Positions 41,662 to 51,900 of a stretch of DNA of 63,576 nt are shown here, in pieces. The DNA is from Planctomycetota bacterium. GTDB taxonomy: Bacteria; Planctomycetota; UBA8108; JACQVS01. Every line of letters starts with the position of its first letter. Position 1 is the stretch's first letter. The stretch is from NCBI GenBank assembly GCA_041569895.1, contig JBFFXF010000002.1, positions 1 through 63,576 on the forward strand, given 5' to 3'. The notes beneath the pieces are model-generated. The model ran no database searches and had not been told where the DNA came from. It was given only the letters and a program-made list of their open reading frames with translations. The position numbers were made by a program, and so were the translations under genes.

Positions 41662-43083
41662 ATGAAGACGTTTGTTCGGGGGGCGTGGAAGGACGCCGAC
41701 ACGAGGATCGAGGTCCGCAATCCGTTCGACGGATCGGTGATCGACACCGTGCCGGCATGCGATGCGGACGACGTGGAGGCGGCGCTCGCCGGCGCGGTCG
41801 AGGGCGCCGCGGTGATGCGGTCGGTCACCGCGCTCGAGCGCTCGCGCATCCTGTCGCGCGCCGCGGAGCTCCTCGAGGGACGTGCGGAGGAGCTCGGGCG
41901 GACGATCAGCAGCGAGGAGGGAAAGATCCTCGCCGAGGGCCGGTTCGAAGCGGTCCGCGCCGCCGAGATCCTCCGGCTCTCCGGCGAGGAGGCCAAGCGC
42001 CTCACGGGTGAGGTGGTGCCCCTCGACGCGGCGCCCGGCGGCGAGAACAAGCTCGGCTACACGCTGCGGGTGCCCTGCGGCGTCGTCGTGGCGATCTCGC
42101 CGTTCAACTTCCCGCTCCACCTCGTCGCGCACAAGGTCGGTCCGGCCCTGGCCGGCGGCAACGCCGTCGTCCTCAAGCCGGCGAGCGACACGCCGCTCTC
42201 GGCGCTCAAGCTCGTCGAGATCCTGATGGAGGCGGGGCTGCCGCCGCTGGCGCTCTCCTGCGTCACGGGAAGCGGCTCGAGCGTCGGCATGGCGCTCTGC
42301 TCCGACCCGCGCGTCCGCAAGATCAGCTTCACCGGCAGCTACGAGGTCGGCGAGCGCATCTGCAAGAGCGCCGGAATGAAGCGCGTCACCATGGAGCTCG
42401 GCTCCAACTCGCCGCTGGTGATCATGGACGACGCGGACCTCGAGCGGGTCGTCGAGGCGACCGCCGCCACCGGTTTCGCCAACGCCGGGCAGGTCTGCAT
42501 CTCGACGCAGCGCGTGTTCGCCCATCGCTCTGTCTACGGCGACTTCCTCGGCGCTCTGAAGACGCGCGTCGAGGCGATCACCACCGGGAACCAGCTCGAC
42601 GAGGGCACGGCGATGGGGCCGATGATCCGCGCCTCCGACGCGGAGCGCGTCGAGAAGTGGATCGCCGAGGCGGTCTCCGCGGGCGCCCGACTCGTCACCG
42701 GAGGACGGCGGAGCGGCGAGACGATGATGCAGCCGACCGTGGTCGCCGACGTCGATCGCTCGATGCGCATCAGTCGCGAGGAGGTCTTCGGTCCGGCGGT
42801 CGGCGTGGCGGCGTTCGACGACATCACGGAGGCGATCGCCGCCGCGAACGACACGGAGTACGGCCTGTCGGCCGGGATCTTCACGCGCGACATCGATCGT
42901 GCGGTGCGCTTCGCGGCCGGAGTCGACAGCGGCAACATCCACATCAACTGGGGGCCGCAGTGGCGCGCCGATCTGATGCCGTACGGCGGGCTGAAGAACA
43001 GCGGCATGGGCAAGGAGGGACCGCGCTACGCCGTCGAGGCGATGACGGAGGAGAAGATGGTCGTGGTCCACCTGCGGAGCTGA
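41662..43083 (+). CDS. NAD(P)-dependent aldehyde dehydrogenase
   Basis: ORF track, 473 aa. FNFPLHL, VLKPASDTP, catalytic Glu in MELGSNSP, catalytic Cys in GQVCISTQR, and EEVFGPAV. Confidence 0.92.
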   Translation: MKTFVRGAWKDADTRIEVRNPFDGSVIDTVPACDADDVEAALAGAVEGAAVMRSVTALERSRILSRAAELLEGRAEELGRTISSEEGKILAEGRFEAVRAAEILRLSGEEAKRLTGEVVPLDAAPGGENKLGYTLRVPCGVVVAISPFNFPLHLVAHKVGPALAGGNAVVLKPASDTPLSALKLVEILMEAGLPPLALSCVTGSGSSVGMALCSDPRVRKISFTGSYEVGERICKSAGMKRVTMELGSNSPLVIMDDADLERVVEATAATGFANAGQVCISTQRVFAHRSVYGDFLGALKTRVEAITTGNQLDEGTAMGPMIRASDAERVEKWIAEAVSAGARLVTGGRRSGETMMQPTVVADVDRSMRISREEVFGPAVGVAAFDDITEAIAAANDTEYGLSAGIFTRDIDRAVRFAAGVDSGNIHINWGPQWRADLMPYGGLKNSGMGKEGPRYAVEAMTEEKMVVVHLRS

Positions 43084-43088
43084 AACCG

Positions 43089-44729
43089 ATGGCGACGACG
43101 GCCGCCGACCTCCTTGTCGCCGAGCTCCGGGATCGCGGCGTTCCATTCGTCGCCACGCTGAACGGGCACGGGCTCGATCCCTTCTACGTCGCGTGCCGTC
43201 GCGGCGGCATGCGCGTCATCGACGTTCGCAACGAGCAGGCGGCGAGCTACATGGCCGAGGTCGCCGGCCGACTCAGCCGTTCTGTCGGCGTCTGCGCCGT
43301 GAGCGGTGCGGTCGCCCACGCCAACGCGCTCTCCGGCGTGCTCAACGCGCATCTCGACGGCGCCCCCATGCTCCTGATCACCGGCATCACGCCGATCGCC
43401 CGTCTCGGCCTGGGGGACTTCCAGGATTTCGACCCGGTGCCGATGACGCGGCCGATCACCAAGCTGTCGCGGGTCATCAGCACGCCCGAGAGTGTGGCGC
43501 GCATCGTCCACGATGCGTTCGTCGCGGCCACCACGGGGCGTCCCGGACCGGTGCACCTGGCGCTGCCGCTCGACGTCGCGGAGGCGCAAGTCGACCCGTC
43601 CCGCGTCGTGCGCTCGCGGGTGCGCTCGGGCGCCGTGCGCATCGACGACGCCGGGGATCCGGGGCTCGTGGTCGAGGCCGTCGAGCTGCTCCGCGAGTCG
43701 CAGCGTCCGGTCCTCGTCGCCGGGAGCGGCGTCCACTATGCGCGCGCCGAGAGGGAGCTCGCCAGCTTCATCAGGCGGCAGGAGATTCCCGTGGTGGTGC
43801 CGATCTGGGATCGCGGCAGCATCGCGACGCCGTTGCACGCGTTTCTCGGCGTCGTCGGTGCGGCGTCGGGTTCGGCGGAAATCCTCCCGGATGCGGACTT
43901 CGTGCTGCTCCTCGGCGCCGAGCCCGACTACCGGGTCGGGCAGTTGCAGCCGCCGATCGTCTCCCGCGATGCGAAGGTCGTTCGCGTTCACACCGATGAG
44001 GGACGCCTGCGAAGCGGCCTCGAGGCGGACGTGAGCATCCAGGGCTCGCCGCGCATGGTGCTGCGCGAGCTCGAGGAAGCCTGCGAGCAGCTCGACTGCC
44101 CCCCGGCGACGGCCTGGCTCGAGGAGGCCCGCGCGCGCCGCGATCAGTTCCGCCAGCGGTGCCGCGCATCGGCGGACAAGCTCTCGCCCGGCATCACCGG
44201 TCGCGACGTGGTGACGTCGATCCAGGTGATGCTCACCGACGACACCGTGCTGCTGGTCGATGGCGGCAACATCGGACAGTGGTTCCACCAGTTGCTCCCG
44301 GACCGCTATCCGGGCCACTGGGTGACGTGCGGCGCGAGCGGCGTCGTCGGCTGGGGCGTGCCCGGCGCGATGGCCGCCCGGGCGCTCCATCCCGAGCGCC
44401 CGGTGATCCTGCTCTCGGGTGACGGCTCGTTCACGTTCACGGTCGCCGAGCTCGAGTGCGCCGCGCGCCAGGGCCTGCCCTTCGTCGCGGTGATCGCCGA
44501 CGACGAGCAGTGGGGCATCTCGCTGACGGGCCACGTCGCGCGCTACGGCGCCCCGCTCTACAGCACCCTCGGCCCGACCCGCCTCGACCTCGTCGCCGAG
44601 GGCCTCGGCTGCGCCGGCATGCGCGTCGAGAACAAGGAGGAGCTCGCCCCGAGAATCCGCGAGGCCCTCTCCCTCGACCGCCCGGCAGTGATCCAGGTGC
44701 CGATCGTGCCGGGTGGTCCCCGCGGTTAG
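43089..44729 (+). CDS. Thiamine pyrophosphate-dependent enzyme (acetolactate synthase large subunit-like family)
   Basis: ATG 43089 inside track ORF 42657..44729, 5 nt after the ALDH stop. MATTAADLLVAELRDRGVPFVATLNGHG...NEQAASYMAEVAGRL. TPP motif LLSGDGSFTFTVAELECAARQGLPFVAVI. Confidence 0.88.
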   Translation: MATTAADLLVAELRDRGVPFVATLNGHGLDPFYVACRRGGMRVIDVRNEQAASYMAEVAGRLSRSVGVCAVSGAVAHANALSGVLNAHLDGAPMLLITGITPIARLGLGDFQDFDPVPMTRPITKLSRVISTPESVARIVHDAFVAATTGRPGPVHLALPLDVAEAQVDPSRVVRSRVRSGAVRIDDAGDPGLVVEAVELLRESQRPVLVAGSGVHYARAERELASFIRRQEIPVVVPIWDRGSIATPLHAFLGVVGAASGSAEILPDADFVLLLGAEPDYRVGQLQPPIVSRDAKVVRVHTDEGRLRSGLEADVSIQGSPRMVLRELEEACEQLDCPPATAWLEEARARRDQFRQRCRASADKLSPGITGRDVVTSIQVMLTDDTVLLVDGGNIGQWFHQLLPDRYPGHWVTCGASGVVGWGVPGAMAARALHPERPVILLSGDGSFTFTVAELECAARQGLPFVAVIADDEQWGISLTGHVARYGAPLYSTLGPTRLDLVAEGLGCAGMRVENKEELAPRIREALSLDRPAVIQVPIVPGGPRG

Positions 44730-44743
44730 ACCTGCGAGAAAGA

Positions 44744-45010
44744 TCCCGTCCCCGTCCCCGTCCCCGTTCCCGTCCCCGTTCCCGTTCCCGTTCCCGTTCC
44801 CGTGCCCGTGCCCGGTCCCGTGCCCGGTCCCGCCGACGCTCCGAAGAACATCCACAGATTACGCACATTGCGCAGATAAAGGAAAGCCGTTCGCACCGAC
44901 TCGGCGTCTGTGTCAGAATCGGTATCTGTCATCGGTATCTGTCATCGGAATCGGAGTCGGAATCGGACTCGGAATCGGAATCGGAATCGAGGACGAGGAC
45001 GAGGACGAGA
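44744..45010 (+). repeat. Mosaic intergenic repeat, copy I (P-L-Q-x-E-G)
   Basis: P 44744-44832 (15 C3-4 tracts, the longest P). Degenerate Q 44854-44878 (ACAGATTACGCACATTGCGCAGATA). E 44916-44989. G 44988-45010. Starts 15 nt after the stop at 44729. Confidence 0.9.
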
Positions 45011-45046
45011 GGCGCCGGACACTCGCATGCATCGCGGTACTTTCTC

Positions 45047-46084
45047 ATGAAACCCACACCACTCATCATCCTCACCATCCTCGCCCTCCCCATCGCTCTC
45101 CCCGCCGATGACCGTCCCCTGCGGGCCGGCATGATCGGGCTCGACACCTCGCACGTCATCGCCTTCACGAAAGTCTTCAACGCCCCCGACGCCACCGGGC
45201 CGCTCGCGTCGGTGCGGGTGGTCGCCGGGTTTCCCGGTGGCACGGACATCCCCGCCAGCCGCGATCGCGTCGCCGGGTTCACGACGCAGCTGCGCGACAT
45301 GGGGGTGACCATCTGCGAGAGCATCCCGGCGCTCCTCGCGCAGGTCGACGTCGTGCTCGTCGAGAGCGTCGACGGCCGGCCGCACCTCGAGCAGGTCGCG
45401 CCGGTCTTCCGCGCCGGCAAGCGCGTCTTCATCGACAAGCCGCTCGCCGGCTCGCTCGCCGACGCGGTGGCGATCGCCGAGCTCGGCAAGCGACACGGCG
45501 TGCCGTGGTTCTCGAGCTCCTCCCTGCGATTCGCTCCGGGAGTGATCGGCATGCGCCTCGAGAGCGAGCGCACCGGGCGGGTGATGGGTTGCGACGCGTG
45601 GGGGCCGTGCTCGCTCGAGCCGACGCACCCCGATCTCTTCTGGTACGGCGTCCACGGCGTCGAGATCCTCTTCACCATCATGGGGCCGGGGTGCGAGATC
45701 GTGTCGCGCGCGCACACGCCGGGCACCGATCTCGTCACCGGGATCTGGAGCGACGGTCGCATCGGCACGTTCCGCGGCATCCGCAGCGGCAAGGGAGGCT
45801 ACGGCGCGATGGTGTTCGGCGCGCGGGCGATCGCGCCGGCCGGCGAGTACCAGGGCTACCGGCCACTCTGCGAGGAGATCGCCAAGTTCTTCCTCGGTGG
45901 GCCACCGCCGGTCTCGCCCGAGGAGACCATCGAGATCTTCGCCTTCATGGAGGCGGCCGACGAGAGCAAGCGGCGTGGCGGCGGGCCGGTCCGCGTCGCC
46001 GACGTCCTCGAGCGGGCGCGCGCGCAGGCGGCGGTGCGGCTGCGGCGGTTCGGCGGGACTCCCAGGCGCGAGGGCGATTCCTGA
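45047..46084 (+). CDS. Gfo/Idh/MocA-family oxidoreductase with signal peptide
   Basis: ATG 45047 inside track ORF 44456..46084. MKPTPLIILTILALPIALPA signal. Rossmann-like RAGMIGLDTSHVIAF...VDVVLVESVDGRPHLE...FIDKPLA. Confidence 0.8.
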   Translation: MKPTPLIILTILALPIALPADDRPLRAGMIGLDTSHVIAFTKVFNAPDATGPLASVRVVAGFPGGTDIPASRDRVAGFTTQLRDMGVTICESIPALLAQVDVVLVESVDGRPHLEQVAPVFRAGKRVFIDKPLAGSLADAVAIAELGKRHGVPWFSSSSLRFAPGVIGMRLESERTGRVMGCDAWGPCSLEPTHPDLFWYGVHGVEILFTIMGPGCEIVSRAHTPGTDLVTGIWSDGRIGTFRGIRSGKGGYGAMVFGARAIAPAGEYQGYRPLCEEIAKFFLGGPPPVSPEETIEIFAFMEAADESKRRGGGPVRVADVLERARAQAAVRLRRFGGTPRREGDS

Positions 46085-46090
46085 CCGGGC

Positions 46091-47722
46091 TCACTCGTCG
46101 CCGAGATCGAGCCCGACAATGTCGTAGATGAGGCCCGTCGCGCCCATCAGCCGGCGCTCGCGGTTGCCGGTGTTGTAGAGGTTCGAGGCGAGCGTCGACT
46201 CCGTGCTCGCCAGGTTGGCGCGCGCCTCGAGCAGCTGGTTGACGTTGACCTCGCTCCGAAAGTACTGCTCGAGGCGCTGGCGATACACCGCCGCCGATTG
46301 CGCGATCGTCTCGACGAGCTTTCCGTGGTTCGCGTCGTTGTCGATCAGGCCCTGCGTCTCGGTGACGATGCGCCGGCGCATCAGGGTCTCCTCCGCCTCG
46401 AGTCTCGCCCTGAACTGGCGGATCTCGGCCTCGGCCTTGAAGCGCGTCGCGTTGAGTACGTGCTGGTCGTTCAGGCGCACCGTGACGCCACCGCCGACGA
46501 TCCACCCGTCGAGCCGATCGTCGAAGGTCTCCGATCCCACCGGGAAGAGCGTGCCCTCGAAGAACGTCGTCACGTCATATCGTCCCCGCAGCGCCTGCCG
46601 GCGCTGGAGCTCGGCGTTCTCGATGGCGTCGTTGAGGACGGTGAAGGTCGGGTTGTTCTCCCGGGCGCGTCGGATGAGCTCCCGCATCTTCTCGGGATCC
46701 TGCGCCTGGACGGCGTACTCGCTCAGACGGTAGGGCGGCGGCGGATCGATGGTGTGCTCCGCGTCGAGACCGATGCCGAGCTCGGCGAGCAGGTAAGTCA
46801 GGTATTCCTTGCGGTTCGACTCGTACTGGTTGCGCGTGGTTTCGGCCGTGTTGCGCGTCGACTCGACACGTCCGCGGTCCTCCTCGCGCAGCCGGTTATC
46901 GTCGACGAGCTCCTGGAGGTCACTGACGTATCGGGAGTAGATCTCGACAAGACGGTCGTAGTAGACGTAGAGGATGTAGTAGCTCAGCGCGTTGTCGACG
47001 TAGTCGCGGTAGGCGTCGAGGTAGTCGAGCTGCGCGCGCCGCGCCGTCGACTCCTGGAACGCCTGCGCGATGACGCGGTCCTGGCGGCGACGCGAGCCGA
47101 AGAACGGCTTCTCGACGCGCCCGCGCACGAGAACACCGCTCCCCTCCTCGCGGTCGTTGAGGTCGTCGAAGTGAAAGTTCGAATACGCGCCGCCGCTCTC
47201 GAGCGCCAGCAGCCCTCCCTCGAACGTCTCCTTCTCGATGCCGATCACCGCCTCCATCGTCGTTCCGAAGGCCCCGTCGCGGTTCGGGAAGTCGGCGAGA
47301 TCGGCGCGCGTCTCGACGAACGGCTCGAGCCGGCTGAGGTTGGTGCGGAACTCGTCGAGACCGTGCGCCGCCGCGATCATCTCCTCGCGCGCAGCCCGGA
47401 CGCGCGGGCTCCGTGCGTGGACGATGCGGACGATGTTCTCGAGGTTGATGCGGTAGGGGGGCGAGAACACGCCGGGGACGAGCGCATCGCCCGTCGTCTC
47501 GGTCTCCGCGGATCCATCGCGCGGTGGTCTCGGCGGACCGGTCTCTCCGCGCGCTTCGGCGGATCCCTCCGTGGCCCCGACGTCCATGCCCGTGCCGGCG
47601 ACGTCGCCCGTGCCACTCGTCGCGTCCGGATCGCCGTCCGGTGTCGGCGTCGGCATCGCACAGCCGGCGAGCGCGTGCAGGAGAATCGTCGTCGCCAGCC
47701 AGCCTGCGGCGGTCGTTCGCAT
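46091..47722 (-). CDS. TolC-family outer-membrane efflux protein (lipoprotein-type signal)
   Basis: I chose ATG 47722 (GAGGAGGA upstream) inside track ORF 46091..47776. MRTTAAGWLATTILLHALAGC lipobox. Two OEP-like coiled repeats (NPTFTVLNDAIENAELQRRQALRGRYDV...; LLEARANLASTESTLASNLYN). Confidence 0.75.
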   Translation of the reverse strand: MRTTAAGWLATTILLHALAGCAMPTPTPDGDPDATSGTGDVAGTGMDVGATEGSAEARGETGPPRPPRDGSAETETTGDALVPGVFSPPYRINLENIVRIVHARSPRVRAAREEMIAAAHGLDEFRTNLSRLEPFVETRADLADFPNRDGAFGTTMEAVIGIEKETFEGGLLALESGGAYSNFHFDDLNDREEGSGVLVRGRVEKPFFGSRRRQDRVIAQAFQESTARRAQLDYLDAYRDYVDNALSYYILYVYYDRLVEIYSRYVSDLQELVDDNRLREEDRGRVESTRNTAETTRNQYESNRKEYLTYLLAELGIGLDAEHTIDPPPPYRLSEYAVQAQDPEKMRELIRRARENNPTFTVLNDAIENAELQRRQALRGRYDVTTFFEGTLFPVGSETFDDRLDGWIVGGGVTVRLNDQHVLNATRFKAEAEIRQFRARLEAEETLMRRRIVTETQGLIDNDANHGKLVETIAQSAAVYRQRLEQYFRSEVNVNQLLEARANLASTESTLASNLYNTGNRERRLMGATGLIYDIVGLDLGDE

Positions 47723-47905
47723 GTTCCTCCTCGCGCCCTCGTCCTGTCGAATCACGCAGACCGCCGAGTCTCGCATACGATCCGGGGCGTTTCAACGTCG
47801 GGTTCGATCGGTTGTAATGAGAGCCGGGCTATTCGGGTGTCGCGGCGATCGATCGGTAGGGCCACCATCCCGTCGCGAGGTTGCGAAACAGATCTCGAGA
47901 AACCG

Positions 47906-48910
47906 ATGCTGATTCTTGCCGCTGCCGATGTCCGCCAGGCGCTGCCGATGCCCGATGCGATCGCGGCGATGCGCGAGGCGTTCGCCGCGCTCGCCGGAGG
48001 GCGCGCGCGGGTCCCGATGCGCGGCGTGCTCGACGTCGAACCGTACGCGGGCACGACCCTCGTCATGCCCTCGTTCCTCGGCGGCGACGGCGACGCCACG
48101 GACGACGCGCTCGCTGTCAAGGTGGTCTCCGTGTTCCCGCGCAATCCATCGCGGGGACTGCCGCTGATCCATGCCGCGGTCGTGGTCCTCGAGCCCGACA
48201 CGGGTCGCGTGGTCGCGCTCCTCGAGGGCGGCACGCTCACCGCCATCAGGACCGGCGCGGCGTCCGGTCTGGCGACAGATCTTCTTGCCCGGTCCGACGC
48301 TCGGGCCGTCGCCATGCTCGGCTGCGGCGTCCCGGCACGAACGCAGCTCGAGGCGGTGTGCGCTGTGCGCGATGTCGGGGAGGTCCGGGTCTACGGGCCG
48401 ACCGCCGCGCATGTCGAGGAGTTCATCGCGGACGTCGCCGGGCGGGAGCGCGTGCCGGCGGACCTCCGCGCCGCGTCGCGCGCCGACGAGGCGGTCGCGC
48501 ACGCCGACATCGTCTGCGCCGCGACGACCTCCGCCGAGCCGGTCTTCGACGATGGCTCCGTGCGTCCCGGCACCCACATCAACGCTATCGGCTCGTTCCA
48601 GCCCGACGTGCGCGAGATTCCCGCCGCCACCGTCCTCCGCGCCGTCGTCGTCGTCGACGACCGCGCCGCGGCGCTCGAGGAGGCCGGCGATCTGATCCTT
48701 CCGCTCAGGGAGGGACTGATCTCGGCCACGCACATCCGGGCCGACCTCGGCGAGCTGGTCTCCGGTCGCGCGTCCGGGCGTCGCTCGGACGACGAGGTGA
48801 CGCTCTTCAAGTCGGTGGGCGTCGCGGTCCAGGACGCGGCGGCGGCGCGGGTGGCGCTTCGGCGCGCCGAGGCGCGCGGGCTCGGCCACCGCGCCGCGCT
48901 CGAGTCATAG
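47906..48910 (+). CDS. Ornithine cyclodeaminase / mu-crystallin family protein
   Basis: ATG 47906 inside track ORF 46298..48910. MLILAAADVRQALPMPDAIAAMREAF. ...TAIRTGAASGLATDLLAR. Rossmann AVAMLGCGVPARTQL. ...THINAIGSFQPDVREI. Confidence 0.88.
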   Translation: MLILAAADVRQALPMPDAIAAMREAFAALAGGRARVPMRGVLDVEPYAGTTLVMPSFLGGDGDATDDALAVKVVSVFPRNPSRGLPLIHAAVVVLEPDTGRVVALLEGGTLTAIRTGAASGLATDLLARSDARAVAMLGCGVPARTQLEAVCAVRDVGEVRVYGPTAAHVEEFIADVAGRERVPADLRAASRADEAVAHADIVCAATTSAEPVFDDGSVRPGTHINAIGSFQPDVREIPAATVLRAVVVVDDRAAALEEAGDLILPLREGLISATHIRADLGELVSGRASGRRSDDEVTLFKSVGVAVQDAAAARVALRRAEARGLGHRAALES

Positions 48911-48953
48911 CACGCCTCGCGACACGCCGGCGGCACGGTACCGGGCGCTCCGG

Positions 48954-51900
48954 CTACTCCTCGGCGCAGACCGACGGGCACCCGAGCACCGGCACGCAGT
49001 CCGTCCCGAGCGCCGGTGGGTCGCCGCGCAGGAAGAGGTAGTTCAGCAGGGAGACGGCGTCGGCGAGATTGACGTCGCGGTTGCCGTCGATATCGAGCAT
49101 CTTCGTGTTTCCGGCGCTCTCGAGCGAGCCCTCGCACGGCAGGCGGTCATGCCGTCCGCCGAAGAGGATGCCGAGGATGAGCACGCCGTCGGTGACGTTC
49201 AGGACGCCGCTCTGGTCGACGTCGCCGGGCACCTGCAATCCGGGAAGCACCTCGACGTCCGCGCGACCGGGCGACCCGTGCACCGCGATGCTCGGCCTCC
49301 AGCTCGTCGCCTCGCCGAGCAGCTCGCGGTCGATCTCCGGATCGACCAGCACGAGCGAGTGTCCGTTGCCGTCGGTCTCGGGATACCAGTCGTCGTCGTA
49401 GCGGAACCGCGCGTAGGGGTACTCCGGAATCGCCGCATCGATCGGGCCCTCGAGCTCGATCAACTCACCGTTGTCGCTCAGCGAGCCCGAGAACTCGCCG
49501 AGGATCGTCATGCCGTCGCCGTGCAGCGAGACGAACGCCTCGCGATTGGCCACGATCACGCCGTACTCGCGCGGACCGAGCACGGGCGCGTCGTTGGGGT
49601 TGAACCGGAAGGTGACGCCGCGCGCGAACCGCACGTCCGCGAGTGACACCACCTGGTCGCTCGCGTTGTGCAGCTCGATGAACTCGAACTCCCGCGATCG
49701 GAACGGACTCTCGGGCGGCGGCTCGGGAGGATTGTACATCAGCTCGGTGATGAGGATCGGCGGCAGCTTCTCGAGGAAGATCGCCTCGGCGAGCCCGCCG
49801 CCGCCGAGGCCCTGGAGCAGGATGCGCGCCTTGACGACGGTGTTCCGCGTGATCATCACAGGCCCGCGGTACTCGATCGCGGTGTCGCCCTGCTGGCCCT
49901 GCCGCGAGCGCGGGTCGGACCCGTCGAGCGTGTAGAAGATCGTCGAGCCCGGCGGCCCCTCCATGGTGAGCTCGAGCCCGCCCTCGGGGATCAGACCGCC
50001 GTCAGGCGAGAGGACCGGAGCCGGCACCAGCTGGCTGTCCATCCAGAGGACGCGACCGATGAGCCAGTCCTTCATCAGTTCGACCTCTTCGTTGAAGGTG
50101 CGCGCCAGCGGGTTGGGGTTCGGCCAGAGGTAGCGGCCCAGGATGCGCCACTTCTGGAAGTTTCGCACGCTCGCCTCGCCCAGCAGCTCCGTGTGCTGAT
50201 CGATGCTTCCGATCAGCTTGTCGATCGAGAACTCGTCGGCGCGGAGCTCGATCCAGCGGTCGGAGTACGCCTTCTGGAACCCCGGATCGGCGAAGAGTCG
50301 CGGGTACCACGGGTACTGCTCCGAGCTGATCAGCCTGTAGTACCACCCATCCGACTTCCAGCCCTCGAGGTAATCGGCGTTGCGCAGCGACAGGTTGAAG
50401 TCCCAGAGAGGGCCCATGTTCAGCTTGCCGTCGCGGTCCTTGAACATGAACGTGCTCAGGCGGTAGCCATCGATGTTCTTGCAGAGCTCGGTGAGCAGGT
50501 GGTGATCGATGAACGCGCCGACGTCGATGTACTTCGCGTAGCCGTTCTCGGGATCGGCGAAATCCTGACCGGCGAGCGACCGGGCGAACTCCGTGAACCA
50601 GCCTCGCAGCCAGGCCTTCTGCTGGGCGGACGCGGATCGCGGGCCGCGCTCCTTGGGGTCGACGTAGAGCAGCGTCTGCGCCGCGAACCCCGGTCCGCCC
50701 GGAACCGCGAAACCCGAGTCGCCCGGGTCGTTGCGATCCTTCTTGAGAACGTACCCGCCGGTGACCTCGGGCTCGGCGGTCTCCGAGGGGTACAGCTTCT
50801 CGATGTCGACGCGGTTCTCGCCGAGCTTGATCTTCTCCATCAGCACGTAGACGCCCCAGTAGTGCGCCATGCCGATCTTCGGCGAGCGCCGCTCGTTGAG
50901 GAACAGCTCGCAGAAACGCGTACGCGCGGCGTAGCGGCCGATGTTGTTGCTCCACTCCATCGCGAGCACGTTGCGCATCAGCGACTTGTCCGAGTACGGC
51001 CCGTGGAGCACCCAGTCCGACTCCGCCGGCATGCCGAGGAGCGACGCGTCCTCGTCGTTTCCCCGCGCGTCCCAGATCTCGAGGCCGTAGTTCCCCTTCG
51101 GCCAGCCGGATGAGCTCGATCCGCGGCGCTTCATGCCTGCCGGGCCGATGTACCCCGGTGTGTCGACGATCCCCGTGCGCCCGCCCGCGGTCTCGATCGT
51201 GGCGACGTAGGCCGGAATGAAGGAGCTGCCGTTGGGCGCGCCGAACGGGTTGGCGATGACGATCGGCAGGTTCGAGTCGAAGTCGGCGGCGTTCTGGTCG
51301 ATGGCGATATAGGTGAGCGTCAGCGTCGGGCTCGGGACGCGGTCGGGTTGAAACGCACGCGCCCGGACGACACTGGTCACGTCGATCGGGATCGGATCGG
51401 TGAAGACCGTCGAGTCCTCCGTCGGCTGGCCGCCGTTGACCGTGTACCGGATGACCGCACCGGCCGCGTCGACGGAGAAGCCGAGATCGAAAGCCTCCAC
51501 GAACGTGCCGCTCGACTGCGACGGGACGGGCGCCGGGACGACACCCGGGAAACCCTGAGACCGGTTCGGCAGGCCCGGCGTCGACTCGGTGAAAAAGAGG
51601 GGCGCGTCGCGGGCGACCGAGAGTATGCGATCCGATCGAATCGACGGAGCGAGCAGGAAATCGCCGTTCGACGTCGTGAAGTTGAGCCCGTGAAACGCCA
51701 GCACGTTGTCACCCTCGCGCAGCAGCTCCCCGTGGCGCGAGATGTTGAACTCCACCTCGTTCGGCGCGGTGTTGTTGCTGGACGTCGCCCTCGAGTCGAA
51801 CGCCAGCTCGTCCGGCGCGTTGAAGCGCTCGATCTCGACTCCGTTGAGATAGGCGACGAAGCCGTCCTCGAATCGCATCGTCAGCATCAGCATGTCGAAC

